NCBI GenBank assembly: GCA_027021335.1
Contig: JALUUO010000088.1
Span: forward strand, 37,916-101,915
Source of the DNA: Nitrospirota bacterium
GTDB taxonomy: Bacteria; Nitrospirota; Thermodesulfovibrionia; SZUA-242
Direction: 5' to 3'
DNA length: 64,000 nucleotides
Shown here: in pieces, positions 10,539 through 20,927 of the stretch
How positions within the stretch are numbered: the stretch's first letter is position 1
Layout: every line of letters starts with the position of its first letter
The notes under the pieces: generated by a model
What the model was told of the DNA's origin: nothing
Databases searched by the model: none
The model's input: only the letters and a program-made list of their open reading frames with translations
Translations under genes and position numbers: made by a program

Positions 10539-11974
10539 ATTGCCACTTCCCGGGCTTTAATAAACATTTTTTTCTTTTGTGGTAAGCGCCTTACCGCTTC
10601 TTTGAATTTTCTTCCCCGATCTTCGAAGTCAGCAAACATATCAAAACTCGCACACGCAGGAGACAGAAGCACGATGTCTCCTTTTACAGCGGCCAGGTCC
10701 GCCTTTTGCACAGCGTCATCCATATCATCTGCAAAGATCACCGGCGATGCGCTACCAAGTACGGCAGCCAGTTTTTCTGCGGTTTCGCCTATCAGAATCA
10801 GGGTTTTCACTCGTTTGCTTACCTCAGGCAAAAGGAGTGAGAAATCGGTTTTTTTATCAAAACCTCCGGCAATAAGAATTACAGGCTCTGAAAAGCTTTG
10901 GAGCGATTTTTCGGTTGCTCCGATGTTTGTTGCCTTTGAATCATTTATATAGGTTACACCACCAAGGCTGCCTACAAACTCAACACGATGCTCAAGGCCT
11001 GGGAAATCCCGCAGTACGCCGGCCACCACGCCGGGGGCAACCCCGGCAAGAAGAGCCAGGCAAGCGGCCGCCATAGCGTTTTCCAGGTTATGAGAGCCCT
11101 TTATTCGTATCGATTCTTGATGGATAATTTTTCCCTGCCTGCTGTCAAGGTGAAAGCAGAGTTCGTCGTCACGTAAAAAGACTCCCTTTTTTCCCTCCGC
11201 CTCGACTTTGCTGTTACTGCTAAACCATACAACTTCGCCCGGTGCCAACCCGGCAAGCGATACAACTGCTGGGTCGTCGGCATTTAGAACAAGATAATCA
11301 TGTTTGTTTTGTTGTTTAAAAATGTTTGTCTTTGCCGATATGTATTCATCCATTGAGCTATAGCGGTCAAGATGATCGGGCGAGATGTTTAAAACAGCAG
11401 CCAACCTGGGAGAAAACAACTCTGTGGTTTCTAGTTGAAAACTTGAAACTTCTGCGACTATCCATTTTGTGGATTGCGAACCATGTTTTTCTTCTTGTTT
11501 AATTTCAGTCAATCCCTCACATAGAGAGTTACCTATATTGCCACCTACAAATGCCGAAATTCCTGAAGCGTTAAGCATTTCTCCTGCCAGGGAGGTGACT
11601 GTTGATTTGCCGTTGGTGCCGGTGATCGCCATAAAAGGCAGGTCTGTAGACCTGTAGGCAAGTTCAAGCTCTCCTATCACTGCAATTCCTTTTGTACGGC
11701 ATATCTTAAGTGGATCTATATGTAGCGGAACTCCCGGACTTACAACGACCATATCCACCCCTTCGAAAACAGACGCAGGATGCCCGCCTGCGACAAATGA
11801 GATTCCGTCCGGCAATAAATCCAGTTCGTTTTTTATATCCTCCGCTTTTCTGCAGTCTGTAACGGTCACCTGCAACCCTTGGTCGGCCAGAAGACGGGCA
11901 GCTCCAATACCGCTTCGGCCCAGGCCTACAATAGTTACCCGTTTACAGGTTTTTTCCGGATTCTTCACATTCAC
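10535..11974 (-). CDS. murD: UDP-MurNAc-L-Ala--D-Glu ligase
   Basis: GLGRSG, ITGTNGKST, EVSSFQL, NDSKATN, SPACASFD. Confidence 0.98.
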   Translation of the reverse strand: MNVKNPEKTCKRVTIVGLGRSGIGAARLLADQGLQVTVTDCRKAEDIKNELDLLPDGISFVAGGHPASVFEGVDMVVVSPGVPLHIDPLKICRTKGIAVIGELELAYRSTDLPFMAITGTNGKSTVTSLAGEMLNASGISAFVGGNIGNSLCEGLTEIKQEEKHGSQSTKWIVAEVSSFQLETTELFSPRLAAVLNISPDHLDRYSSMDEYISAKTNIFKQQNKHDYLVLNADDPAVVSLAGLAPGEVVWFSSNSKVEAEGKKGVFLRDDELCFHLDSRQGKIIHQESIRIKGSHNLENAMAAACLALLAGVAPGVVAGVLRDFPGLEHRVEFVGSLGGVTYINDSKATNIGATEKSLQSFSEPVILIAGGFDKKTDFSLLLPEVSKRVKTLILIGETAEKLAAVLGSASPVIFADDMDDAVQKADLAAVKGDIVLLSPACASFDMFADFEDRGRKFKEAVRRLPQKKKMFIKAREVAI

Positions 11975-11984
11975 AGTTTATCCG

Positions 11985-13064
11985 TTACCTAACCTTAAGA
12001 GTGGCCAGGCTGACCAGAGCTAGAAGTATGCCCACAATCCAGAACCTGACGATCACTTTTGATTCAGGCCACCCTTTAAGCTCAAAATGGTGATGCAGCG
12101 GCGCCATTAAAAAAACTCGCCGGCCCGTAAGCTTGAACGATGCAACCTGTATAATTACCGAAAAAGTCTCGGCCACGAATATGCCTCCTACCACCGCCAG
12201 AACGATCTCCTGCTTGGAGATAACAGCGAGGGTTCCGAGTGTGCCGCCAAGGGAAAGCGAGCCGACATCACCCATAAAGACCTCGGCAGGGTATGAGTTA
12301 AACCATAAGAATCCCAGAGAAGCTCCGAGCATAGCTCCGCAGAAAACTGTGAGCTCACCTGTGCCCGGCAGATAAAACACCTGTAAGTACTGAGCGAACT
12401 TTATATTGCCGCCGATATATATCAGCAGCCCGTTGGCAACAGTGGCTATGGCCACAAGACCGATTGCAAGGCCGTCTATACCATCTGTCAGGTTCACCGC
12501 ATTGGATGAGCCGATTATAACCAGCAAAACAAATGGAAGATAAAAGCAGCCAAGATCAACCAGCCATTTTTTGAAAAACGGAATGCTCAGAACTGATGAA
12601 TGTGTATCGCCGGTATTATATGCCGCAACCCCGATTGCCAAAGCTATAAGTACCTGAAACCCTATTTTGTAATAGGCACGAAGTCCGGTGGAGTCTCCAC
12701 GTTTTATTTTCAGGTAATCATCAAGGTATCCAACAGCTCCAAAAGCCGTAAGGGAGGCCATCAACAACCATATATATGTGTTTTTCAAATCAGACCAGAG
12801 TATAACCGAAACCAGAATGCTTGTAATTATCAGCAACCCTCCGGAAGTAGGTGTGCCTTCCTTTCCGAGGTGAGTTTTTGGACCGTCCCTTCTTACCTTC
12901 TGTGTAAGGCTCAGCTTCGAGAGACGCCTGATAACCGCCGGTCCTATAACCAGGCTTAAAACAAGAGATGTGATTACGGCAAGTGCGCTCCGAAACGTTA
13001 TGTAACGAAATACATTTAATGGAGACCATAACTCGTGCATGGAATAAAGAAGTCTATACAGCAT
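11985..13064 (-). CDS. mraY: Phospho-MurNAc-pentapeptide transferase
   Basis: NAVNLTDGIDGL, FMGDVGSL, MAPLHHHFE. Confidence 0.98.
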   Translation of the reverse strand: MLYRLLYSMHELWSPLNVFRYITFRSALAVITSLVLSLVIGPAVIRRLSKLSLTQKVRRDGPKTHLGKEGTPTSGGLLIITSILVSVILWSDLKNTYIWLLMASLTAFGAVGYLDDYLKIKRGDSTGLRAYYKIGFQVLIALAIGVAAYNTGDTHSSVLSIPFFKKWLVDLGCFYLPFVLLVIIGSSNAVNLTDGIDGLAIGLVAIATVANGLLIYIGGNIKFAQYLQVFYLPGTGELTVFCGAMLGASLGFLWFNSYPAEVFMGDVGSLSLGGTLGTLAVISKQEIVLAVVGGIFVAETFSVIIQVASFKLTGRRVFLMAPLHHHFELKGWPESKVIVRFWIVGILLALVSLATLKVR

Positions 13065-14433
13065 CCCGAATTCTCCTAACTATAATCTCCATGGCCATGC
13101 CCCTTGATCCCTTAACCAAAATACAATCTCCAGGTTTTATAATTTCGAAGATATTTTCCGCTGCTGACTTGGAGTCGTTGAACAGCACGCAGTTTCCACC
13201 AAATACTTCTGCAGCTTTGCGCATAAGCGGTCCGACCGCTACAAGAAGATCAATTCCGTATTCGGAAGCAAGGCGTCCGGCTTCTTTATGATGGTCTGCC
13301 GAGGCCGTGCCAAGCTCCAGCATATCACCAAGCACGGCTATTTTGCGTCTTTTTCCTTTGCCGGTTTCAGTCAATTCAGCCAACGCAGCTTTCACTGACA
13401 TGGGGTTGGCATTGTAGCTGTCATCAATCACCATATACTTCTCTATCTCCAAAGTCTCAAACCGCATTGGAACGCCATGGTAGTCGGCCAGACGCTGGGC
13501 CGCAATTTTTAAGGAGATTCCAAGCAGTTGTCCTGCAGCAACTGCGGCCAGGGCGTTTGAGGCGTTGAAACGTCCTGAAACAGGTAGTTTAAAAGGAACC
13601 CCCTCTACAGAAAAGGTTATTCCTGTCTTTCCTCCTGCCTGCAAGCCGGTTGCACGCAGATCGGCCTCGTTATCAATGGCGTAAGTGATTACTTTAGAAG
13701 ACCGGGACGAGAGATTCTTGCAGGCATCGGCAAGCAGGCGGTTATCTGCGTTTACCACAAGTGGTCCCTCAAGGTGGTCCAGCAGTTCGAGCTTTGCCTT
13801 AAGCACCTTGTCTATACTGTCAAGGCCTGCTGCAAGATGGGCAGGCCCAACGTTGGTTATCACGCCTATATCAGGCAAGGCTATTTTTGCCAGTTTGCGG
13901 ATTTCGCCCTCTGCGTTCATTCCCATTTCGATTACGGCGGCCGTATGTTTTTTGGTCATACCAAGCAGAGTCAGAGGCAGTCCTATGTGATTGTTAAGAT
14001 TGCCCTGGGTTTTTAACACATTGAAACTTCCGGATAAAACCGTAGCGGTCATTTCCTTTGTGGTTGTCTTGCCTGTGCTTCCGGTGACCGCTATAACCGG
14101 AGTGTTCTTTAAAAAGCTCACTCTGTGGTTATGTGCCATGTTCTGTAGGGTTTTAAGCGGGTTTGGCGTTCGTATAAGCCTCTTTTCAACCCGAAAATCA
14201 GGAGACTCAAAATCCATGTTGACCAGCGCTGCTGCGGCACCTTTTGCAAGGGCGTCGGATACATATTTATGGCCGTCGGTGTTTTGTCCTTTAAGAGCGA
14301 CAAAAAGCTCTCCGGGCAGGATCGTCCTGGAGTCGATAGACGCACCGGTAAATGAAAGTCTTGGGGATTTGGAACATGGAACTGAAAATTCGTCTTCCAC
14401 TTCCCGGGTTTTCTTTACTGTTTCACAGGCCAT
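13054..14433 (-). CDS. murF: UDP-MurNAc-tripeptide--D-Ala-D-Ala ligase
   Basis: IDSR, TGSTGKTTTKE, NNHIGLP, DDSYNANP, GDMLELG, KGSRG. Confidence 0.97.
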   Translation of the reverse strand: MACETVKKTREVEDEFSVPCSKSPRLSFTGASIDSRTILPGELFVALKGQNTDGHKYVSDALAKGAAAALVNMDFESPDFRVEKRLIRTPNPLKTLQNMAHNHRVSFLKNTPVIAVTGSTGKTTTKEMTATVLSGSFNVLKTQGNLNNHIGLPLTLLGMTKKHTAAVIEMGMNAEGEIRKLAKIALPDIGVITNVGPAHLAAGLDSIDKVLKAKLELLDHLEGPLVVNADNRLLADACKNLSSRSSKVITYAIDNEADLRATGLQAGGKTGITFSVEGVPFKLPVSGRFNASNALAAVAAGQLLGISLKIAAQRLADYHGVPMRFETLEIEKYMVIDDSYNANPMSVKAALAELTETGKGKRRKIAVLGDMLELGTASADHHKEAGRLASEYGIDLLVAVGPLMRKAAEVFGGNCVLFNDSKSAAENIFEIIKPGDCILVKGSRGMAMEIIVRRIRDAV

Positions 14434-15983
14434 TACTTATCCTTTACGCCCTGCAGGATCTTTATAGCCTCAACTGCGGCATCACGATCACTAAATGGAA
14501 GACGGGATCCATAAATCTCCTGGTAGTTCTCGTGTCCTTTGCCGGCAATAAGTACAACATCTCCGGGAGATGTAATCATTACCGCATGCCGTATTGCCCG
14601 TTCCCGCTCGGGTATCACCAGGTAATTGTAGCGGGATATTCCGGTTCTTATCTCACCAAAAATATTATTAATTTCTTCACTCCTGGGATTATCAGTTGTC
14701 AGAATCACGTAGTCGCTAAGCCAGGAGGCCACTCTTCCCATCTTTGAGCGTTTTCCTTTATCCCTGTCCCCGCCACAACCAAATACGGTAATAACACGCC
14801 CTTGCCGGGTAAGAGAACGTGCAGAGCGTATTGCTCTGCTAAGTGCGTCATCGGTATGAGCGTAGTCCACAAGGACAAGAAAGTCCTGTCCTGCTTCGAC
14901 CCTCTCAAAGCGTCCCGGAACACCCTGTATACAGGAAAGTCCCTTTAGCGTTGTATCGGCAGATATTCCAAAGCCGACACTAACGCCAAAAGCCGCCAGC
15001 ATATTGTAAATGTTGTGATACCCGATAAGGCCAGACTCTACACGATACAAACGTCCGCGGTACAGAATTTTGAAGCTGACACTGGAAACCCCGTTTTTTA
15101 TATCAAGAGCCCTGATATCCGCAGGCGCATTGATGCCGTAAGAGATGGTTTTTGCAGGCAGAGAATCCTTTAACTTCCGGCCGTACTCATCATCTGTATT
15201 TAAGACGGCAAATCCGTCTTTCTGTAGATGACTGAATAATTCCCGTTTTACATCGAAGTACTTATCCATGGTTTTATGAAAGTCCAGATGATCGCGGGTA
15301 AGGTTGGTAAATACAGCAGCACGATAGGTACACCCGTGAATTCTCTTTAAGGAGAGGGCATGGGAAGAGACCTCCATGACTGCTGCCTTAAGATCGTTTT
15401 TCACCATTTCGTGCAGGTATCTTTGCAGGTCTACCGACTCAGGTGTTGTCCTTACGGCCGGAACCGAAAGAGGAGCCGCACCCGGCTCTTTTTCCGCTCC
15501 TGTTATATATTCTATGGTACCCAGCAGCCCTGACCGTATTCCGGCAGACTCAAAAACTGACCGGACCAGGTAGGCCGTTGTTGTTTTACCGTTAGTTCCG
15601 GTAATGCCGACAAGGTCCAGGTGTTTTGAGGGCTTGCCGTAGAAAGTCGCGGCAGCATGTGCCATGGCAAGCCGAACATTGTCCACTTCTAAAAAAACAG
15701 CGTTAGGCCTAACAAAATCCTCAAGATCATCTCCCAGTACGGCTACTGCTCCCTTGTCCATGGCAGAGCCGATGAACTGCCGGCCGTCACTAGATGTCCC
15801 GCGCACTGCCACGAAAAGAAACCCAGGTTGAATACGCCTGGAGTCATAGGCGATGCCTGTTATTTCTTCCGGTTCTTTTGATTCCTTCGATGACTGTTCA
15901 TAAACGCGTACTTTGCCTATCGCCTTCACAATTTGGCTGAACTTTATACTATCTTTCGTCTGAGACAAGCAGAATGTTTCCAT
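14433..15983 (-). CDS. murE: UDP-MurNAc-dipeptide--meso-DAP ligase
   Basis: GTNGKTT, MEVSSH, VDYAHT, GCGGDRD, DNPR (the DAP-type motif), AGKGHE. Confidence 0.98.
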   Translation of the reverse strand: METFCLSQTKDSIKFSQIVKAIGKVRVYEQSSKESKEPEEITGIAYDSRRIQPGFLFVAVRGTSSDGRQFIGSAMDKGAVAVLGDDLEDFVRPNAVFLEVDNVRLAMAHAAATFYGKPSKHLDLVGITGTNGKTTTAYLVRSVFESAGIRSGLLGTIEYITGAEKEPGAAPLSVPAVRTTPESVDLQRYLHEMVKNDLKAAVMEVSSHALSLKRIHGCTYRAAVFTNLTRDHLDFHKTMDKYFDVKRELFSHLQKDGFAVLNTDDEYGRKLKDSLPAKTISYGINAPADIRALDIKNGVSSVSFKILYRGRLYRVESGLIGYHNIYNMLAAFGVSVGFGISADTTLKGLSCIQGVPGRFERVEAGQDFLVLVDYAHTDDALSRAIRSARSLTRQGRVITVFGCGGDRDKGKRSKMGRVASWLSDYVILTTDNPRSEEINNIFGEIRTGISRYNYLVIPERERAIRHAVMITSPGDVVLIAGKGHENYQEIYGSRLPFSDRDAAVEAIKILQGVKDK

Positions 15984-17649
15984 TATTCTCCCTCGGTACG
16001 TTTAGATAAATTAAAGCATGCTCCGCTATATTCCTGAACACAGGAGCAGCCACCTCACCACCATATATAGCTCCCTTTGGCTCGTCCACGACCACTATTA
16101 TGGCAAGTCGCGGTTTGTCAGAGGGCACAAAACCAACAAAGGAACTTACGTACCTGGTCCGAGAATAACGGCCATTTGAATTGAGCTTACGGGCCGTGCC
16201 GGTTTTGCCGGCCACAGGATTGCCAAGCACAGAGGCACGGACTGCTGTGCCCCCCTCTTGAACAACCTTTTCGAGAATTCCGGTCAGTATTGCGCTGGTT
16301 TTTTTAGATATTACCCGCCGTATAGGTTTGGGAGAAAATGAGCGAACCGTACGGCCATCCGCATCGATAATTTCGGATACAATGTACGGACGCATCAAAA
16401 CACCGCCGTTTGCAATGGCACAGTAGGCGTTAAGCAGTTGAAGTGGTGTTACGGCCACTTCGTAACCCACGGCTAGAGCGCCTATAGATGATCCTGACCA
16501 ACGCTCAGGCGCACGCAAAAGGCCTCTAACTTCACCTGGAAGGTCCGAGCCTGTTTTAGCTCCGAAACCGAAACTCCGGATATAGCCGTAGAACCTGTTC
16601 TTGCCCAGTCTCTGAGCTATTTTTACGGCGCCCACGTTTGAAGATTTCTGGATCACTTCGGCAAAGCTGAGAACCTTGTGCCTATGATCATCACGAATCT
16701 TTCGCCCGCCTACTTCTATGTATCCTTTCGAACAGTCGAACCGGTCACTAGGTCTTGCTACCGACTCTTCCAAGGCTGCAGCGGCCAGGATGGATTTAAA
16801 GGTTGAGCCTGGTTCGTAAACATCGGTTACAGCACGATTGCGCCAATGTTCCGGTTTATCCGGGCGTTCCGGTGAGAAGGTGGGACTGACCGCCATTGCC
16901 AATATACGGCCTGTGTCCGGCTCCATCAAAATAGATACGGCCGAAGATGCCTTCCATTTTTTAACAGCATTGAATAATTCCTTCTCCACTATGTACTGAA
17001 GATCTTCGTCCAGGGTGAGAACCAAGCTGTCACCCATGGTGCTGCCACTGTAGAGACCACCGTTGGAAAGGGCGCGTCCATGCGCATCCATGCCGTGCTG
17101 TCTCTGCCTGCTGCGTCCTCGGAGTATTTCGTCATATTTGAGTTCCAGACCCTCCGAGCCCTTGTTGTCCATATTGACAAATCCGATCACATGGGCCCCA
17201 AGCGACCCTTTTGGATATGTGCGTCTGGTCTCCGGAACAAAACCTACTTGCGGAGATAAGTTGAGCCGCTTGATTCGCTGTACGGCACTATCCTCAAGTT
17301 TACGTTCAAGCCAGACAAAGCTTTTATCCAGTGAAAGCCGTTTGACAAGAGTGCGGTCGCTCATGCGCACGTAGGGTGAAAGCTTTCTGGCAACCAAAGC
17401 AGGATCACCTATTTCCCTTGGCACACCATATAATGATTCGACCTTACGATTTACGGCCAGCTCCCGCATACGATTGTCGTATATAGCACCGCGTCTAGGT
17501 TTTATAGACTCCATCTTTACATGCTGGTTATGCGCTCTTTCGGCTAAACGTTCGTGCTCCAAGACCATAAGGTCAACAAGCCTGATCGTCACACTCAGGA
17601 ATCCAAGCAGGACTATGATGAAAAGAAAGGTAACCCGTCGTTTATTCAT
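15949..17649 (-). CDS. ftsI: Division transpeptidase FtsI (PBP3)
   Basis: Active-site motifs STFK, SSN and KTG; N-terminal TM; dcw position. Confidence 0.96.
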   Translation of the reverse strand: MNKRRVTFLFIIVLLGFLSVTIRLVDLMVLEHERLAERAHNQHVKMESIKPRRGAIYDNRMRELAVNRKVESLYGVPREIGDPALVARKLSPYVRMSDRTLVKRLSLDKSFVWLERKLEDSAVQRIKRLNLSPQVGFVPETRRTYPKGSLGAHVIGFVNMDNKGSEGLELKYDEILRGRSRQRQHGMDAHGRALSNGGLYSGSTMGDSLVLTLDEDLQYIVEKELFNAVKKWKASSAVSILMEPDTGRILAMAVSPTFSPERPDKPEHWRNRAVTDVYEPGSTFKSILAAAALEESVARPSDRFDCSKGYIEVGGRKIRDDHRHKVLSFAEVIQKSSNVGAVKIAQRLGKNRFYGYIRSFGFGAKTGSDLPGEVRGLLRAPERWSGSSIGALAVGYEVAVTPLQLLNAYCAIANGGVLMRPYIVSEIIDADGRTVRSFSPKPIRRVISKKTSAILTGILEKVVQEGGTAVRASVLGNPVAGKTGTARKLNSNGRYSRTRYVSSFVGFVPSDKPRLAIIVVVDEPKGAIYGGEVAAPVFRNIAEHALIYLNVPRENNGNILLVSDER

Positions 17650-17695
17650 CCTTTTTTAATGGGGGACTGGTTCTAAGTCTGTCCCTATCATCCTA

Positions 17696-18049
17696 TTACA
17701 GTTTAGGGCTGCCTCCGGGTATGCGCTTGCCGTTTTTAACTCTTACTACTCTTGTATCGTAACGGACCATATAAACATTGCTCCTGTCCGGAAGCGTAAG
17801 GCCAAGTCGGCTTGCACGCATGGCTATACGGGCTGGAGAAGAAAGCCTGTTTTTATGACTGATCAGCCTCTTTTGCTCTGTCAGGAGTTCGGTGCGGCTT
17901 TTTTCAAGCTCACCGATCTCGTATCTTATCTCCATGACTCTTGTTCTTATCCATATCAGCGAAAGAACCCCGGAACATAGAAGCATGACTGCTAAGGGTT
18001 TTAATAAAATACGCATTGACGGAATTACTGTTTTTCTGACTTTCGGCAT
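17696..18049 (-). CDS. ftsL: Cell division protein FtsL
   Basis: TM plus coiled coil ending LSSPARI...LGL; lies between rsmH and ftsI. Confidence 0.85.
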   Translation of the reverse strand: MPKVRKTVIPSMRILLKPLAVMLLCSGVLSLIWIRTRVMEIRYEIGELEKSRTELLTEQKRLISHKNRLSSPARIAMRASRLGLTLPDRSNVYMVRYDTRVVRVKNGKRIPGGSPKL

Positions 18050-18051
18050 TT

Positions 18052-18936
18052 TTACACATCCTTCTCCGGTTGCCGGAGTTTTTCGGCCACTCGCAGTTTG
18101 GCGCTTCGGCTTCTTGGGTTTTGAAGAACCTCCTCTCGGCCTGGTGTTACGGGCTTCGAGGTAATAAGTTTGAAAATTCCTTGTCCCTTCATGGTTCGAA
18201 ATGAGTTTTTCACAATTCTGTCCTCAAGAGAGTGGTAGCTTATTACGCAGAGCCTTCCTTCAGGAAAAAGCAGCGAGGCGGCGCTCTCTAGAGCCTTCTG
18301 CAGGACATCGAGTTCCCGGTTAACTGCAATCCTGAGCGCTTGAAATGTTCTGGTTGCAGGATGAATTTTTCCACGTCGTTTTGTTGCCGATTCAATCAGG
18401 TCTGCAAGCTCTTTGCAAGTTCTCAGTGGACGTCCACGTACAATCGCCCGTGCTATGCGGCGAGAGTAGCGTTCTTCCCCGTATTCGTAAATAATATTTG
18501 CCAGGTCTTTTTCCGAAGCATGGTTAACTATATCCGCCGCTGTTGTCTCGCTTGAGCGATCCATGCGCATATCAAGAGGAGCGCTGCTTCTAAAGCTGAA
18601 TCCGCGCGTGGACGAAAGGAGCTGGAAAGACGACAGTCCCAGGTCCATAAGGATTCCATCAACCCACTCTATTCCAACATCCGCAAGCAAAGTAGTCATA
18701 TTTTCAAAATTACCTTTAAGAAAAGTTATCCTCTCTTCCATGATTCTTTTTGATGTTATTGCCAGGGTTTCAGCATCCTGGTCAATGCATATCAAGCGCC
18801 CGCCCGGTCTCAGTCTTTTAAGTATTTCTGTAGCATGTCCCCCTAGCCCCACGGTAGCATCCACGTAAATACCGTTTGGATGGATCTGTAAATACTCCAG
18901 GATTTCTTCCGGAAGAACCGGGAGATGATCTATCAA
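18052..18936 (-). CDS. rsmH: 16S rRNA m4C1402 methyltransferase
   Basis: HLPVL, DATVGLGGH, DLGLSS, PLDMRMD, SYHSLEDR, NPRSRSAKLR. Confidence 0.98.
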   Translation of the reverse strand: MIDHLPVLPEEILEYLQIHPNGIYVDATVGLGGHATEILKRLRPGGRLICIDQDAETLAITSKRIMEERITFLKGNFENMTTLLADVGIEWVDGILMDLGLSSFQLLSSTRGFSFRSSAPLDMRMDRSSETTAADIVNHASEKDLANIIYEYGEERYSRRIARAIVRGRPLRTCKELADLIESATKRRGKIHPATRTFQALRIAVNRELDVLQKALESAASLLFPEGRLCVISYHSLEDRIVKNSFRTMKGQGIFKLITSKPVTPGREEVLQNPRSRSAKLRVAEKLRQPEKDV

Positions 18937-19394
18937 ATTTTACCGCCCATCTCATTAATGGAATCCTCTACGGAAGATGGATCAAGTGTTGCCATTTTAG
19001 ATGCATAGGCTGCCTTGTCCCATATCTCAATTTTGTCTGTGATTCCCAAAAATAAAACTTGTCCGCCGTTGATTTCCGCCCATTCTCTATGGCTTGCCGG
19101 AATAAGAATTCTTCCCTGTTTGTCAAATTCCAGCTCTACCGCGGAACTTATAAAATGTCTATAATAAAATTTTACGTTTTTATCAGTAGAAGAGAGGCCT
19201 GATGCATGTTCCTCTATCTTAGCCCACTCTTCTGTAGGATAAGCTCGAAGGCAGCGGTCGAAAACAGTGGCCAGCATAAGCCTGTTTTCACCGTATCTTT
19301 CGGCCAGAATTTCCCGAAAAGGTGCTGGAACGCTTACTCTGCCCTTCGAGTCTATCGAGAGGGTATGCCGTCCTCTGAAATTCTGGTCTAACAC
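18933..19394 (-). CDS. mraZ: dcw transcriptional repressor MraZ
   Basis: Two DxxGR motifs (DSKGRV, DKQGRI) and IEIW; first gene of the dcw cluster. Confidence 0.96.
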   Translation of the reverse strand: MLDQNFRGRHTLSIDSKGRVSVPAPFREILAERYGENRLMLATVFDRCLRAYPTEEWAKIEEHASGLSSTDKNVKFYYRHFISSAVELEFDKQGRILIPASHREWAEINGGQVLFLGITDKIEIWDKAAYASKMATLDPSSVEDSINEMGGKI

Positions 19395-19400
19395 TTATTT

Positions 19401-19425
19401 GCCACCTTTCCCCACCTTTCCCCAC
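19401..19425 (-). promoter_or_regulatory. MraZ-binding direct repeats
   Basis: Minus strand GTGGGGAAAG-GTGGGGAAAG-GTGGC: three GTGG cores at exact 10-bp spacing directly upstream of mraZ. Confidence 0.85.
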
Positions 19426-19557
19426 GTACAACAATTTTTAAGTATTTCTATCGGTTTGTCAAGAAAAATCTTTAAATATCTGTTTTCGATCCCTGATTTG
19501 CTATAGTAACTATCAGATTTATCTGAAGAAATAGGAGGAAATACTGGAGAAGAAAAT

Positions 19558-20439
19558 ATGTTAGATAAAATAATTACAGGTTGGTTTAGTGAAGTGGATG
19601 AGCAGTGGCCGGGTGTTGCCCTGTCATTGAAGGTGAAAAAGGTGTTGTACGAAGGAAGAACAAAGTATCAGAAGATCGCGTTTTATGAAACAGAAAGCTT
19701 TGGCAGAATAATGACTCTGGATGATGTCATACAGATCACAGAGCGGGATGAGTTCGCCTACCAGGAGATGATCGCTCATCTGCCTCTTTTTGCCCATCCG
19801 GCTCCGGGCAGTGTATTAGTGATAGGAGGAGGAGACGGAGGCGTCTTAAGAGAAATAGCAAAGCATGAGTTGGTTGAAAATATTGATTTATGTGAAATTG
19901 ATGAAGATGTAATAACATATGCAAAGAAGTGGCTTCCATATGCGGCTTTGGGCTATGATGAACCCCGGGTGAATGTGCATATTGAAGATGGAGCAACCTT
20001 TGTTAAGAAAAATGAAAACGCTTATGATGTAATAATTGTGGATTCCTCCGACCCCGAAGGGCCGGCAAGGGCACTTTTTGAAGCGCCTTTTTACAGAGAT
20101 CTTTACCGTGCCCTTGCCCCTGGTGGAATAGTCTGCTCTCAGGCCGAGTCATTGTGGCTGCACGGTCCATTAATCAAAGAGCTGGTTGCTATGAGCCGGG
20201 AAATATTCCCCTCGGTAGAATATGCTTTCACCACTATTCCGACTTATCCGTCCGGCCAGATAGGCTTTATGCTATCCTCAAAAGCTGGAAGTTGCCGGAA
20301 ACCGGTACGCAAGTTGACTGCCAAAACGCTTGAAACTTTACGATATTATAATGCAGGTATACACGAGGCATCCTTTGTTCTGCCCCAGTTTGCAAAGAAG
20401 ATAGTGGAACCGGTATCAGGAGGCGAGATAAAACCATGA
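19558..20439 (+). CDS. speE: Polyamine aminopropyltransferase (spermidine synthase)
   Basis: VLVIGGGDGG, YQEMIAH, DVIIVDSSDP, IPTYPSG. Confidence 0.95.
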   Translation: MLDKIITGWFSEVDEQWPGVALSLKVKKVLYEGRTKYQKIAFYETESFGRIMTLDDVIQITERDEFAYQEMIAHLPLFAHPAPGSVLVIGGGDGGVLREIAKHELVENIDLCEIDEDVITYAKKWLPYAALGYDEPRVNVHIEDGATFVKKNENAYDVIIVDSSDPEGPARALFEAPFYRDLYRALAPGGIVCSQAESLWLHGPLIKELVAMSREIFPSVEYAFTTIPTYPSGQIGFMLSSKAGSCRKPVRKLTAKTLETLRYYNAGIHEASFVLPQFAKKIVEPVSGGEIKP

Positions 20440-20924
20440 GTGCAAGTAAGCTGTCCAGGCGTCCTTCCTGGGACGAATACTTTTTATTTAATATTCTGCC
20501 CCAGGTGGCGACACGGTCCACATGTTTAAGAAGACAGGTTGGAGCTATCGTTACGGTGAACAACCGGATTGTAGCTACAGGATATAATGGAGCGCCAAGC
20601 GGGGTTAGGAGTTGTGATGAGCTTGGATATTGCAACAAGGATCGGGAGGGTCTGGCTTCAGGAACAGGTCACGATCTGTGTCTGGCGTCTCACTCCGAGC
20701 AGAACTGTATTAATTCAGCAGCCAGAAGCGGGGTGAGCATCGATGGCGGCTCTATTTACGTAAATGTCCGCCCCTGCACTCATTGTGCAAAAAGCATTAT
20801 AAACGCGGGTATAAAAAGAATTGTGTATCACACCGACTACCCTGATGAACTCGGCCTTAGGCTGTTGACCGAAGCAGGCATTCAGCTTGTAAAAATGGAG
20901 CCGCCGGGTAAGAAAACCGTTTAA
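20436..20924 (+). CDS. dCMP deaminase family protein
   Basis: RPSWDEYF, RSTCLRRQVGA, TGYNGAP, and the zinc motifs HSE and PCTHC. Confidence 0.92.
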   Translation: MSASKLSRRPSWDEYFLFNILPQVATRSTCLRRQVGAIVTVNNRIVATGYNGAPSGVRSCDELGYCNKDREGLASGTGHDLCLASHSEQNCINSAARSGVSIDGGSIYVNVRPCTHCAKSIINAGIKRIVYHTDYPDELGLRLLTEAGIQLVKMEPPGKKTV

Positions 20925-20927
20925 TTC

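Noticed and set aside
17660-17690. GGGAC...GTCCC mini-hairpin between ftsL and ftsI
   Set aside because: The stem is only about 5 bp and I found no clear second copy, so it is too weak to call as a REP or terminator
1556-19506. Many plus-strand ORFs across the dcw cluster, and similar antisense ORFs elsewhere
   Set aside because: They are shadows of well-supported genes on the opposite strand or in another frame
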